Source of the DNA: an uncultured Thiobacillus sp.
GTDB taxonomy: Bacteria > Pseudomonadota > Gammaproteobacteria > Burkholderiales > Thiobacillaceae
Assembly: GCA_964533095.1 (NCBI GenBank)
Contig: CAZHKS010000003.1
Span: 201,696 to 265,695 of the forward strand
Length of the DNA: 64,000 bases
Direction: 5' to 3'
A model generated the notes under the pieces. That model saw only the letters and a list, made by a program, of their open reading frames with translations, was not told the DNA's origin and did no database searches. The position numbers were made by a program, and so were the translations under genes. Below are positions 19,383 through 27,816 of the stretch, in pieces (the first letter of the stretch is position 1; each line of letters opens with the position of its first letter).

Positions 19383-20933
19383 TCACGTCCCGCCGCCATG
19401 GAATTCGACCCCAGGCTGGCGTTCCGGCAGGGCTTCCACCAGCAGTTCCCGCCGTGCGAGCGCCATCGCCTCGACGCTGGACTCGTCGAGATACGACTTG
19501 GCGTCGGATACCGCGGCGGCCAGGAGTTCGGACGCCAGCGCGTCGGGATTGCGGCCGACCGATTTGGCCAGTGCCCGCAGTTCGATGCAGGGGTCCTGCG
19601 GCAGCCGGATTTCAAGCGGCTTGCCGCCGCCGGTATCCGCAGGTGGCGGCACCAGTTCGCCGTGCTTCTCGGCGAGCACCCGGCTTATCACGCCGGCGAC
19701 CCGCGACGCGACGGAAGGCGCCTGGCCGGCCGGCTGCAGGCGGATCCTGTTGACGAAGTATTTCTCGAAATCGACCTTGGCCTGATGCACCCAGCGTCCC
19801 TGGCGCATCCAGTTGATATCGCGCAGCGGCACCTGGGGCTCGGACAGATAGGTCGCACCGGTGTTCCCCATGTCGCTCAGCCACTTGGCACGCTGCGGGA
19901 CATGGCTTGTCAGCGGGGTATCGCCCAGATGGGCCAGGATATTGTGCACCACGATCTCGCCAGCCTTCTGGATCGCATACACCGAATCGGGCGCGCCGAT
20001 CGGAACCGGCGTTTTGACGACTGCCGGCTGCGCCACGCAGGCGCCGAGGGCGAACACATTGGGGTAGTCGGGATTGCGCAGGTATTCGTCCACCTGCACC
20101 AGCCCGCGCTCGTTGACCAGCCCGGTGGCGCTGCGTACGCCCGGCACACCGCCGAAGGCCGGCCAGTAGACCGAATAGGCATAGGGCAGGGCGTGGGTCT
20201 GCTTGACGCCGCCGGCGGCGTTGAGCTCGGCCAGATGGATGGTGCCCGCGTCGACGCGTGTCGTCAGGGCGTTGCAGATCACGCTGATCTTGGTGTCGAC
20301 CAGCGCGGCGGTCACCGCGCCCCGGCTTGCCCCTTCGCCACCGAGTCCGAGATGGCCGGGCCAGGGTTCGGGCGTCACCAGGGTGATCGGCACCCGCTCC
20401 CGGATATTGCGGCGCTTGAGGTCGGCGTCGATCAGGAACGCATATTCGTAGAGCGGCCCCAGCACGCTGGCGCCAGACGCCGCGCCGATCACGATCGGTC
20501 CCGGATGACGAACGAATTCGCGGTAGGCCGCCAGCGCACGTTCAGCCTGGTCGATGTGGAGCACCGAATGCGTGTGGTCGGCGAGGCCGGGAATGTCGTC
20601 GGTCATGCCGGACGCGCCCGTGGCGATCAGCAGCACGTCGTAGTACAGCACGTCGCCGTTCTCCAGGTCGACCTGGATGACGTCGGGCTGGATGCGCTTG
20701 ACGCCGCTGTGTATGAACTTGACGCCGCGCGATTCCAGGTAGGGCGCGATGGGGAAAGCGATGTCGGAGCGATCGCGCCAGCCCATGGCGATCCACGGGT
20801 TGGACGGCACGAAGTGGAAATAGGGCTTGTCCGACACCACCGTCACTTCGTCGCGCGGACCCAGCTGGGCTTTGAGGGCGTAGGCCGTGGTCACGCCCGC
20901 GATGCCGGCGCCCAGGATGACAACATGCGTCAT
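19383..20933 (-). CDS. sulfide:quinone oxidoreductase-like FAD flavoprotein, apparently without the SQR redox cysteines, with ~85-aa C-terminal extension
   Basis: 516-aa ORF starting 34 nt downstream of narI. N-terminal VVILGAGIAGVTTAY (FAD fold). Collinear with my recollection of type I SQR, but GASVLGP, HSVLHID and AKWLSDMG occupy the positions of the Cys-containing motifs. Confidence 0.85.
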   Translation of the reverse strand: MTHVVILGAGIAGVTTAYALKAQLGPRDEVTVVSDKPYFHFVPSNPWIAMGWRDRSDIAFPIAPYLESRGVKFIHSGVKRIQPDVIQVDLENGDVLYYDVLLIATGASGMTDDIPGLADHTHSVLHIDQAERALAAYREFVRHPGPIVIGAASGASVLGPLYEYAFLIDADLKRRNIRERVPITLVTPEPWPGHLGLGGEGASRGAVTAALVDTKISVICNALTTRVDAGTIHLAELNAAGGVKQTHALPYAYSVYWPAFGGVPGVRSATGLVNERGLVQVDEYLRNPDYPNVFALGACVAQPAVVKTPVPIGAPDSVYAIQKAGEIVVHNILAHLGDTPLTSHVPQRAKWLSDMGNTGATYLSEPQVPLRDINWMRQGRWVHQAKVDFEKYFVNRIRLQPAGQAPSVASRVAGVISRVLAEKHGELVPPPADTGGGKPLEIRLPQDPCIELRALAKSVGRNPDALASELLAAAVSDAKSYLDESSVEAMALARRELLVEALPERQPGVEFHGGGT

Positions 20934-20967
20934 TTCAGTCTCCTTGATTCGTTAAGGGCACGCTGCT

Positions 20968-21651
20968 TCAGCCGCGAGGGCGCACAAGCTGCCATGCGCG
21001 CACCGCGTAGGTCGTCGCGGCGAAACCGCTCCACACATGCACCAGGCGCGTGAACGGAAAGACGAGGAAGATCGTCATGCCGAGGAACAGGTGGCTCTTG
21101 AACACCCATCCCGCGCCTGCCAGCAGATCGACCGCCCCGCCCCGGAAGGTGACGATGCGCTGTCCCCATTCGGCCAGGCGGATCATCATGCTGCCGTCCA
21201 GATGCTGGGCCGACAGCTGAATGGTCGCCAGCCCCAGCAGCAGCTGCAGCCACAGCAGCAGCAGGATCAGGATGTCGCTGAACTTCGAGGTGGCGCGGAT
21301 GCGCGGCTCGGTCAGCCGGCGGTGAAGCAGCAAGGACAGTCCGATGAAGGCCAGCACGCCCGCGGTGCCGCCCGAGATCATGGCGAGGAGCTGCTTGGCA
21401 CCGGCACTGATGAACGGCTCGTAGATGAAGTGCGGCGTCAGCATACCGACGAAGTGACCGAAGAACAGGAACAGCACGCCGATGTGGAACAGGTTGCTGC
21501 CCAGGCGCAGCTGGCCGCGTCGCAGCAGCTGCGACGAATCGCTCTTCCAGGTGTACTGTTCGCGGTCGAAGCGGATCAGGCTGCCGAGCAGGAAGACCGT
21601 CAGGGCAATGTAGGGATAGATCCCGAACAGCAAGGTTTGCGAGTAGGACAT
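20968..21651 (-). CDS. narI: respiratory nitrate reductase gamma subunit (cytochrome b)
   Basis: 227-aa ORF; the N-terminus LFGIYPYIALTVFLLGSLIRFDREQYTWKSDSSQLL and 5 TM helices are typical of NarI. Confidence 0.95.
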   Translation of the reverse strand: MSYSQTLLFGIYPYIALTVFLLGSLIRFDREQYTWKSDSSQLLRRGQLRLGSNLFHIGVLFLFFGHFVGMLTPHFIYEPFISAGAKQLLAMISGGTAGVLAFIGLSLLLHRRLTEPRIRATSKFSDILILLLLWLQLLLGLATIQLSAQHLDGSMMIRLAEWGQRIVTFRGGAVDLLAGAGWVFKSHLFLGMTIFLVFPFTRLVHVWSGFAATTYAVRAWQLVRPRG

Positions 21652-21669
21652 TTTTCGATCCTCCTTTGA

Positions 21670-22338
21670 TCAATGCGTTGAGGACGCGGCTGACTGACGG
21701 CGCGACGCCGGCATCTGCATCACCGATACCTGCGGAGCCGGCTTGAGCAGGGGCTCGACGCCGTCCAGCGAGGGGCCGAACATTTCCATCGCCTCGTCCA
21801 TGTCGCGCACCGGCGGTTCGGCCAGCGCCTGCGCCGCCACCGGTGACAGCGCTTCCAGCAGCTGGAATACGGCCGCATACGGGCTGCCGTTGGCATCCAG
21901 CTTGCGGCCGATGGTGGCGAGCACGTGCACGGCGTCGCCCAGCAGTTCGAGCGCTTCGTCGGCCGGCAGCAGCGACAGGAATTCGAGGAACAGCGGCACG
22001 TAATCGGGAAGCTCCGAGGCGCTGGCGTCGAAGTCGCGCTTCCAGTATTCCTCCAGCAGGTCGATCATGGCCGAGCCACGGTCGCGCGATTCGCCGTGGA
22101 TATGCTCGAACAGGTGCAGCGAATGCGAGGGGTTGCGATCGAAGGTGGCGACGTAGTTTTCCTGCAGCGCGATCAGCTTCGACTCGTGCAGCAGGTCGAA
22201 CAGCGGCGCGAGTCGCATAGGCGCGCCGCCGTTGAAGCCGGTTTCGTCCTCCAGCGCGGCGTGCATCTCGGGTAGCGCCGCCAGCCACTCGGATTCCGGA
22301 TAGCACAGCAGCAGGGACAGGACTTTGAAGGTTTTCAT
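21670..22338 (-). CDS. narJ: nitrate reductase molybdenum-cofactor assembly chaperone
   Basis: 222-aa acidic ORF between narH and narI, with a YVATFD...SLHLFEH...GESRDRG NarJ/TorD-like core. Confidence 0.9.
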   Translation of the reverse strand: MKTFKVLSLLLCYPESEWLAALPEMHAALEDETGFNGGAPMRLAPLFDLLHESKLIALQENYVATFDRNPSHSLHLFEHIHGESRDRGSAMIDLLEEYWKRDFDASASELPDYVPLFLEFLSLLPADEALELLGDAVHVLATIGRKLDANGSPYAAVFQLLEALSPVAAQALAEPPVRDMDEAMEMFGPSLDGVEPLLKPAPQVSVMQMPASRRQSAASSTH

Positions 22339-22350
22339 CGTGCGGGCTCC

Positions 22351-23898
22351 TTAACCGGTTTTCTTCTTGGCGTGCAACTGCGACAGGTCGACGGGAACCG
22401 AATTCCTGCGGTTGCCGAACAGGCTGGTCTTGGGCGATACCCCGTCCGAGCAGCCGTTGCCGAAGGTGAATCCGCAGCTCGATTTCTCCTCGAAGGTGTT
22501 GAGCGTCTCCTCGCGATGCGTGCTGGGAATCACGAAACGGTCCTCGTAATTGGCGATTGCGAGGTAGCGGTACATCTCGTCGGCCTGCGCGGAACTGAGG
22601 CCCACCTGGTCGAGCGCGGCGGTGTTGGGCTTGCCTTCCACCGATTTGCCGCGCATGTAGGCGCGCATCGCCAGCAGGCGGTCGAGCGCCGTGATCACCG
22701 GCTTTTCCTTGCCGCCGGTGAGCAGGTTGGCGAGGTAGGTGATCGGAATGCGCAGCGACTTCGTGTCCGGGATGATGCCGTTCATGCCCATCTGGCCGGA
22801 TTCGGCCGCGGCCTGGATCGGCGACAGCGGCGGTACGTACCAGACCATCGGCAGCGTGCGGTATTCCGGGTGCAGCGGGAAGGCGATCTTCCAGTCGATC
22901 GCCATCTTGTAGACCGGCGACTTCAACGCGGCGTCGAGCCAGGCTTCCGGGATGCCTTCGGCACGGGCGGTGGCGATGACCTCGGGGTCGCTCGGGTCGA
23001 GGAAGATCTTCAGCTGCGCCTCGTAGAGTTCCTTCTCGTCGGTGACGCTGGCGGCTTCCTCGATGCGGTCGGCGTCGTACAGGATCACGCCAAGGTAGCG
23101 GATGCGGCCGACGCAGGATTCCGAGCACACGGTCGGCTGGCCGGCCTCGATGCGCGGGTAGCAGAAAATGCACTTCTCGGCCTTGCCGGACTTCCAGTTG
23201 TAGTAGATCTTCTTGTACGGGCAGCCGGAGATGCACATGCGCCAGCCGCGGCACTTGTCCTGGTCCACCAGCACGATGCCGTCTTCCTCGCGCTTGTAGA
23301 TCGAACCGGACGGGCACGAGGCGACGCAGGTCGGGTTGAGACAGTGCTCGCACAGACGCGGCAGATACATCAGAAAGGTGTTCTCGAAAGTCGAGTGCAT
23401 TTCCTTCTGCACATTGTCGAAGTTCTTGTCGCGGCTGCGCGAGGAAAACTCGCCACCGAGGTCGTCTTCCCAGTTCGGACCCCAGTTGATCTTGTCCATC
23501 TTCTCGCCGGTGATCGCCGAGATGGGGCGCGCGGTCGGCGGTGTCTCCGATAGCGGCGCCTTCTGCAGGTGCTGGTAGTCGTAGGTGAATGGTTCGTAGT
23601 AGTCGTCGATCTCCGGCAGATTGGGGTTGCCGAAAATGTTGGCGAGGATCTTCAGGCGGCTGCCCTGGCGCGGCTCGAGCTTGCCGTCGCCCTTGAGCTT
23701 CCAGCCGCCGTTCCACACGTCCTGGTTCTCCCACTGCTTGGGATAGCCGATGCCGGGCTTGGACTCGACGTTGTTGAACCACACGTATTCCATGCCTTCG
23801 CGCGAGGTCCACACGTTCTTGCAGGTGACCGAGCAGGTATGGCAGCCGATGCATTTGTCCAGGTTCAGCACCATGGCAATTTGGGCACGCACTTTCAT
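22351..23898 (-). CDS. narH: respiratory nitrate reductase beta subunit (Fe-S)
   Basis: 515-aa ORF starting MKVRAQIAMVLNLDKCIGCHTCSVTCKNVW, with multiple Cys clusters (CEHCLNPTCVASCPSG, CRGWRMCISGCPY). Confidence 0.97.
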   Translation of the reverse strand: MKVRAQIAMVLNLDKCIGCHTCSVTCKNVWTSREGMEYVWFNNVESKPGIGYPKQWENQDVWNGGWKLKGDGKLEPRQGSRLKILANIFGNPNLPEIDDYYEPFTYDYQHLQKAPLSETPPTARPISAITGEKMDKINWGPNWEDDLGGEFSSRSRDKNFDNVQKEMHSTFENTFLMYLPRLCEHCLNPTCVASCPSGSIYKREEDGIVLVDQDKCRGWRMCISGCPYKKIYYNWKSGKAEKCIFCYPRIEAGQPTVCSESCVGRIRYLGVILYDADRIEEAASVTDEKELYEAQLKIFLDPSDPEVIATARAEGIPEAWLDAALKSPVYKMAIDWKIAFPLHPEYRTLPMVWYVPPLSPIQAAAESGQMGMNGIIPDTKSLRIPITYLANLLTGGKEKPVITALDRLLAMRAYMRGKSVEGKPNTAALDQVGLSSAQADEMYRYLAIANYEDRFVIPSTHREETLNTFEEKSSCGFTFGNGCSDGVSPKTSLFGNRRNSVPVDLSQLHAKKKTG

Positions 23899-24016
23899 GT
23901 TCTAACTCCTAGCCAGACAGGGGCGGCGCCCCTCGTCGTTGTACAAAAATCCCGCGTCGAAGGATGCGGCGCGGGTGAGGGCACGGGGGAGACCATCGCC
24001 CTCGAAACCTTTCGAC

Positions 24017-27000
24017 TCAGCGCTCGGCCAGCGGACCCTCCATCCAGTCAACCTTCTCCATCTTGCGCACGATCACGTACTCGTCGCGGTTGGAACCGAC
24101 CGTGCCGTAATAGTTGAAGCCGTAGGCCAGCTGCGCGTAGCCGCCGATCATGTGGGTGGGCTTGGTGATGGTGCGCGTCACCGAGTTGTGGATGCCGCCG
24201 CGAAACCCGCTGACCTCGGCACCCGGCACGTTGATGATCTTTTCCTGCGCGTGATACATCAGGCACATGCCCTTGGGCACGCGCTGGCTGACCACGACGC
24301 GCGCGGTCAGCGTGCCGTTGACGTTGAACACCTCGACCCAGTCGTTGTCGACCAGGCCGGCCTGCTTGGCCTCGATCTCCGATACCCAGACGTGGGGGCC
24401 GCCGCGTGACAGCGTCAGCATGCGCAGGTTGTCGGTATAGGTGCTGTGGATGCCCCACTTCTGGTGCGGCGTGATCCAGTTGAGCACCAGCTCGTGATGG
24501 CCGTTTGGCTTCTTGCCCAGCATGGGCGCGATCGTCTTGGTGTCGACCGGCGGCTTGTACACGCACAGGCCTTCGCCGAAATCCAGCATCCACGGGTGAT
24601 CCTGGTAGAACTGCTGGCGGCCGGTGAGGGTGCGCCAGGGGATCAGCTCGTGGACGTTGGTGAAGCAGGCGTTGTACGACACGTGTTCCGATTCCAGGCC
24701 CGACCAGGTCGGCGAAGAGATGATCTTGCGTGGCTGCACCTGGATGTCGCGGAACCGGATCTTGTCGTCCTCGCGGGCATTGGCCAGATGCGTATGGTCG
24801 CGGCCGGTGATCTTCGACAGCGCCTCCCACGCCTTCACCGCCACGTGGCCGTTGGTTTCCGGTGCCAGCATGAGGATGGTTTCGCAGGCATCGATGGCCG
24901 ATTCGATCTTCGGCAGTCCCTTGCTGATGCCATCCTCGGTGACGGTGTAGTTCAGCTCGGCGAGTTGCTGCACTTCGACCTCGGTGTTCCAGCTGATGCC
25001 CTTGCCGCCGTTGCCGACCTTGCTCATCAGCGGGCCCAGGGAGGTGAACTTCCGGTAGGTGTCGCCGTAGTCGCGCGTCACCACCGTCATCGTCGGCATG
25101 GTCTTGCCGGGGATGGGGTCGACCTCGCCTTTCTTCCAGTCGCGCACGCCCAGGCTCTGGCCGAGCTCCGATGGCGTGTCGTGCATCAGAGGCGTCAGGA
25201 CCAGATCCTTCTGCGTGCCGAGGTGCGTGGTCGCGAGTTCGGAGAATTTCTTCGCGATGGTCTTGTAGATCTCCCAGTCGGATTTCGATTCCCATAGCGG
25301 CTGGACCGCCTCGGACAGCGGGTGGATGAAGGGATGCATGTCCGAGGTGTTGAGGTCGTCCTTCTCGTACCAGGTCGCCGACGGCAGCACGATGTCGGAA
25401 TACAGGCAGGTGGTCGACATGCGGAAGTCGAGCGTCACCAGCAGGTCGAGCTTGCCTTCGGCACCCTTGTCGTGCCAAACCACTTCCCTGGGCTTGGCTT
25501 CGCCGAGCTCGCCCAGGTCCGGCCCCAGCACCGCGTTCTGGGTGCCGAGCAGGTACTTGAGGAAATATTCGTGGCCCTTGCCCGACGAACCCAGCAGGTT
25601 GGAACGCCAGACGAACAGGTTGCGCGGAAAATTCCTCGGGTTGTCCGGATCCTCGCAGGCGAATTTCAGCGCGCCGTTCTTGATCTGCTCGACCGCGTAC
25701 TTGACCGGATCGATACCTGCGGCCTCGGCCATCTTCGTGACTTCCAGAGGGTTGGTTTCCAGCTGCGGTGCCGACGGCAGCCAGCCCATGCGCTCGGCGC
25801 GCACGTTGAAATCGATCAGCCGGTAGTCGCCGTTCTTCTTGTCCGCGGTGGGCGACAGGATTTCCGAGGCCGACAGCTTCTCGTGGCGCCACTGGCTGGT
25901 GTGGGCGTAGAAGAAGGAGGTGCCGTTCATCTGCCGCGATGGCCGGTGCCAGTCGAGCGCGAACGCCAGCGGCGTCCAGCCGGTCTGCGGGCGCAGTTTT
26001 TCCTGTCCGACGTAGTGTGCCCAGCCGCCGCCCGACTGACCGATGCAGCCGCACATCATGAGCAGGTTCATGATGCCGCGGTAGATCATGTCGTTGTGGT
26101 ACCAGTGGTTGAGCGCCGCGCCGAGGATGACCATGGACTTGCCGAGGGTCTTGTCGGCGTTGTCGGCGAACTCGCGTGCCACCGTGATGATGTCGGCGCG
26201 CGGCACGCCGCAGTGCTTCTCGGCCCAGGCCGGGGTGTAGGGAACGTCATCGTCGTAGCTGGCAGGGAGGTTAGGCCCGCCGAGGCCGCGGTCGACGCCG
26301 TAGTTGGCCAGCGTGAGGTCGTAGACGGTGGCGACGCGCACGTTCTTGCCGCCGACGCTGATGATCTTGACCGGCAGATTGCGAACCAGCAACTCGTTGT
26401 GGTCGTCGCCGCCGAAGTAGGGCATGGCGACCTCGACGACTTCATCCTCATTGCCGAGCAGGGACAGCTGCGGCTTCACATCCTTGCCGGAATAGCCGTC
26501 GCGCATTTCCAGGTTCCACGCGCCGGACTGCCCCCAGCGGAAGCCGATCGAGCCGTTGGGCGCCACCAGGTAGCCGGTGTTCTCGTCGTAGACCACCGTT
26601 TTCCACTCGGGATTGTTGTCCTGCCCCATGTTGCCGGTGAGGTCGGACGCGCGCAGGTAGCGGTCGGCAATCAACTGGCCCTCGTGCTCCTTGAGCATGA
26701 CCAGCATCGGCATGTCGTTGTACTGGCGACAGTAGGTGTCGAAGTACGCGCTGCGATTCCTGTTGTGGAACTCGGTCAGGATGACGTGGCCCATCGCCAG
26801 CGCCAGCGCCGCATCGGTGCCTTGTTTGGGCGCGAGCCAGATGTCGCCGAACTTGACCATCTCGCCGAAATCGGACGACACCGCCACGGTCTTGGTGCCC
26901 TTGTAGCGCACCTCGGTGTAGAAGTGGGCGTCCGGGGTACGGGTCTGCGGCACGTTGGAGCCCCACACCATCAGGTAGGTCGAGTTGTACCAGTCGGCCG

Positions 27001-27718
27001 ATTCCGGCACGTCGGTCTGCTCGCCCCATACCTGCGGACTGGACGGCGGCAGGTCGCAGTACCAGTCGTAGAAGGACAGGGGCGTGCCGCCGATCAGCGA
27101 CAGATAGCGCGATCCGGCGGCATAGCTCACCATCGACATGGCAGGAATCGGCGAGAAGCCGGCGACGCGATCGGGGCCGAATTCCTTGATGGTGTAGACG
27201 TTGGCGGCGGCGATCATTTCCGTCACCTCGTCCCACTTGGCGCGCACGAATCCGCCCTGGCCGCGCACCGACTTGTAGCGCCTGGCCTTGGCCGGGTCCT
27301 GGGTGATCGATTTCCATGCCGCGACCGGATCCATCGTCTTGCGCGCCTCACGCCACATTTCCATCAGGCGGCCGCGGATCAGCGGGTACTTCACCCGCTG
27401 CGCCGAGTACACGTACCAGGAGTAGCTGGCGCCGCGGGGACAGCCGCGCGGCTCGTGGTTGGGCAGGTCGGGACGGGTGCGCGGGTAGTCGGTCTGCTGG
27501 ATCTCCCAGGTGATGAGCCCGTTCTTGACGAAGATCTTCCAGCTGCACGACCCGGTGCAGTTCACGCCGTGGGTCGAGCGCACCACCTTGTCCTGCTGCC
27601 AGCGGCTGCGGTAGGCGTTCTCCCAGCTGCGGTCTTCGTTGCGGACGGCACCGTGGCCATCGGAAAATTCGGAGACGGTCTTGTTGAAGAAGGACAGTCG
27701 GTCGAGAAAGTGACTCAT
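24017..27718 (-). CDS. narG: respiratory nitrate reductase alpha subunit (Mo-bisMGD)
   Basis: 1233-aa ORF with AGGAG RBS. The N-terminus has the STHGVNCTGSCSWKIFVKNG FS0 cluster motif of NarG. Confidence 0.97.
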   Translation of the reverse strand: MSHFLDRLSFFNKTVSEFSDGHGAVRNEDRSWENAYRSRWQQDKVVRSTHGVNCTGSCSWKIFVKNGLITWEIQQTDYPRTRPDLPNHEPRGCPRGASYSWYVYSAQRVKYPLIRGRLMEMWREARKTMDPVAAWKSITQDPAKARRYKSVRGQGGFVRAKWDEVTEMIAAANVYTIKEFGPDRVAGFSPIPAMSMVSYAAGSRYLSLIGGTPLSFYDWYCDLPPSSPQVWGEQTDVPESADWYNSTYLMVWGSNVPQTRTPDAHFYTEVRYKGTKTVAVSSDFGEMVKFGDIWLAPKQGTDAALALAMGHVILTEFHNRNRSAYFDTYCRQYNDMPMLVMLKEHEGQLIADRYLRASDLTGNMGQDNNPEWKTVVYDENTGYLVAPNGSIGFRWGQSGAWNLEMRDGYSGKDVKPQLSLLGNEDEVVEVAMPYFGGDDHNELLVRNLPVKIISVGGKNVRVATVYDLTLANYGVDRGLGGPNLPASYDDDVPYTPAWAEKHCGVPRADIITVAREFADNADKTLGKSMVILGAALNHWYHNDMIYRGIMNLLMMCGCIGQSGGGWAHYVGQEKLRPQTGWTPLAFALDWHRPSRQMNGTSFFYAHTSQWRHEKLSASEILSPTADKKNGDYRLIDFNVRAERMGWLPSAPQLETNPLEVTKMAEAAGIDPVKYAVEQIKNGALKFACEDPDNPRNFPRNLFVWRSNLLGSSGKGHEYFLKYLLGTQNAVLGPDLGELGEAKPREVVWHDKGAEGKLDLLVTLDFRMSTTCLYSDIVLPSATWYEKDDLNTSDMHPFIHPLSEAVQPLWESKSDWEIYKTIAKKFSELATTHLGTQKDLVLTPLMHDTPSELGQSLGVRDWKKGEVDPIPGKTMPTMTVVTRDYGDTYRKFTSLGPLMSKVGNGGKGISWNTEVEVQQLAELNYTVTEDGISKGLPKIESAIDACETILMLAPETNGHVAVKAWEALSKITGRDHTHLANAREDDKIRFRDIQVQPRKIISSPTWSGLESEHVSYNACFTNVHELIPWRTLTGRQQFYQDHPWMLDFGEGLCVYKPPVDTKTIAPMLGKKPNGHHELVLNWITPHQKWGIHSTYTDNLRMLTLSRGGPHVWVSEIEAKQAGLVDNDWVEVFNVNGTLTARVVVSQRVPKGMCLMYHAQEKIINVPGAEVSGFRGGIHNSVTRTITKPTHMIGGYAQLAYGFNYYGTVGSNRDEYVIVRKMEKVDWMEGPLAER

Positions 27719-27744
27719 TTTTGCTCGCTCCTAAAGTTTCTCGC

Positions 27745-27816
27745 GGTAAGCGGTAAGTAGTGAGTGGTAAGCGGTGAGTGGGGAGATCCCTGCTGTTCAC
27801 CGCTTACCGCTTACGG
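27745..27816. repeat. tandem RGTRAGY heptamers (x6) followed by about 3 inverted copies; imperfect hairpin in the narK2|narG spacer
   Basis: Read directly: GGTAAGC GGTAAGT AGTGAGT GGTAAGC GGTGAGT GGGGAGA ... TTCACCGCTTACCGCTTACGG. GGTAAGCGGTGA pairs with TCACCGCTTACC. Confidence 0.7.

Noticed and set aside
20930-23854. 974-aa ORF on the minus strand in another frame over narI/narJ/narH. Similar giant ORFs occur at 832..3243(-), 4205..6757(-), 15496..17745(+), 25322..27760(+), 28453..30675(+), 39255..41150(+), 56419..58869(-) and 60773..62809(-).
   Set aside because: Arg/Pro/Gly/Ala-rich translations with no recognisable motifs. They overlap, in another frame or antisense, genes with unambiguous conserved domains. 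These are typical shadow ORFs of GC-rich DNA.
23899-24016. Small hairpins in the 118-nt narG-narH spacer (CCCGCG...CGCGGG + TTTTT; AGGGGC-GGC-GCCCCT) as an internal terminator.
   Set aside because: The stems are only 6 bp, one with a 13-nt loop, and narH must be co-expressed with narG. They are too weak to call.
27745-27816. The heptamer arrays (also 51841..51870 and 62776..62830) as CRISPR arrays or microsatellite slippage tracts.
   Set aside because: The units are only 7 nt with no spacers and no cas genes. The units are degenerate (RGTRAGY) and organised as inverted arms, which fits REP-like hairpin elements rather than CRISPR or simple SSRs.
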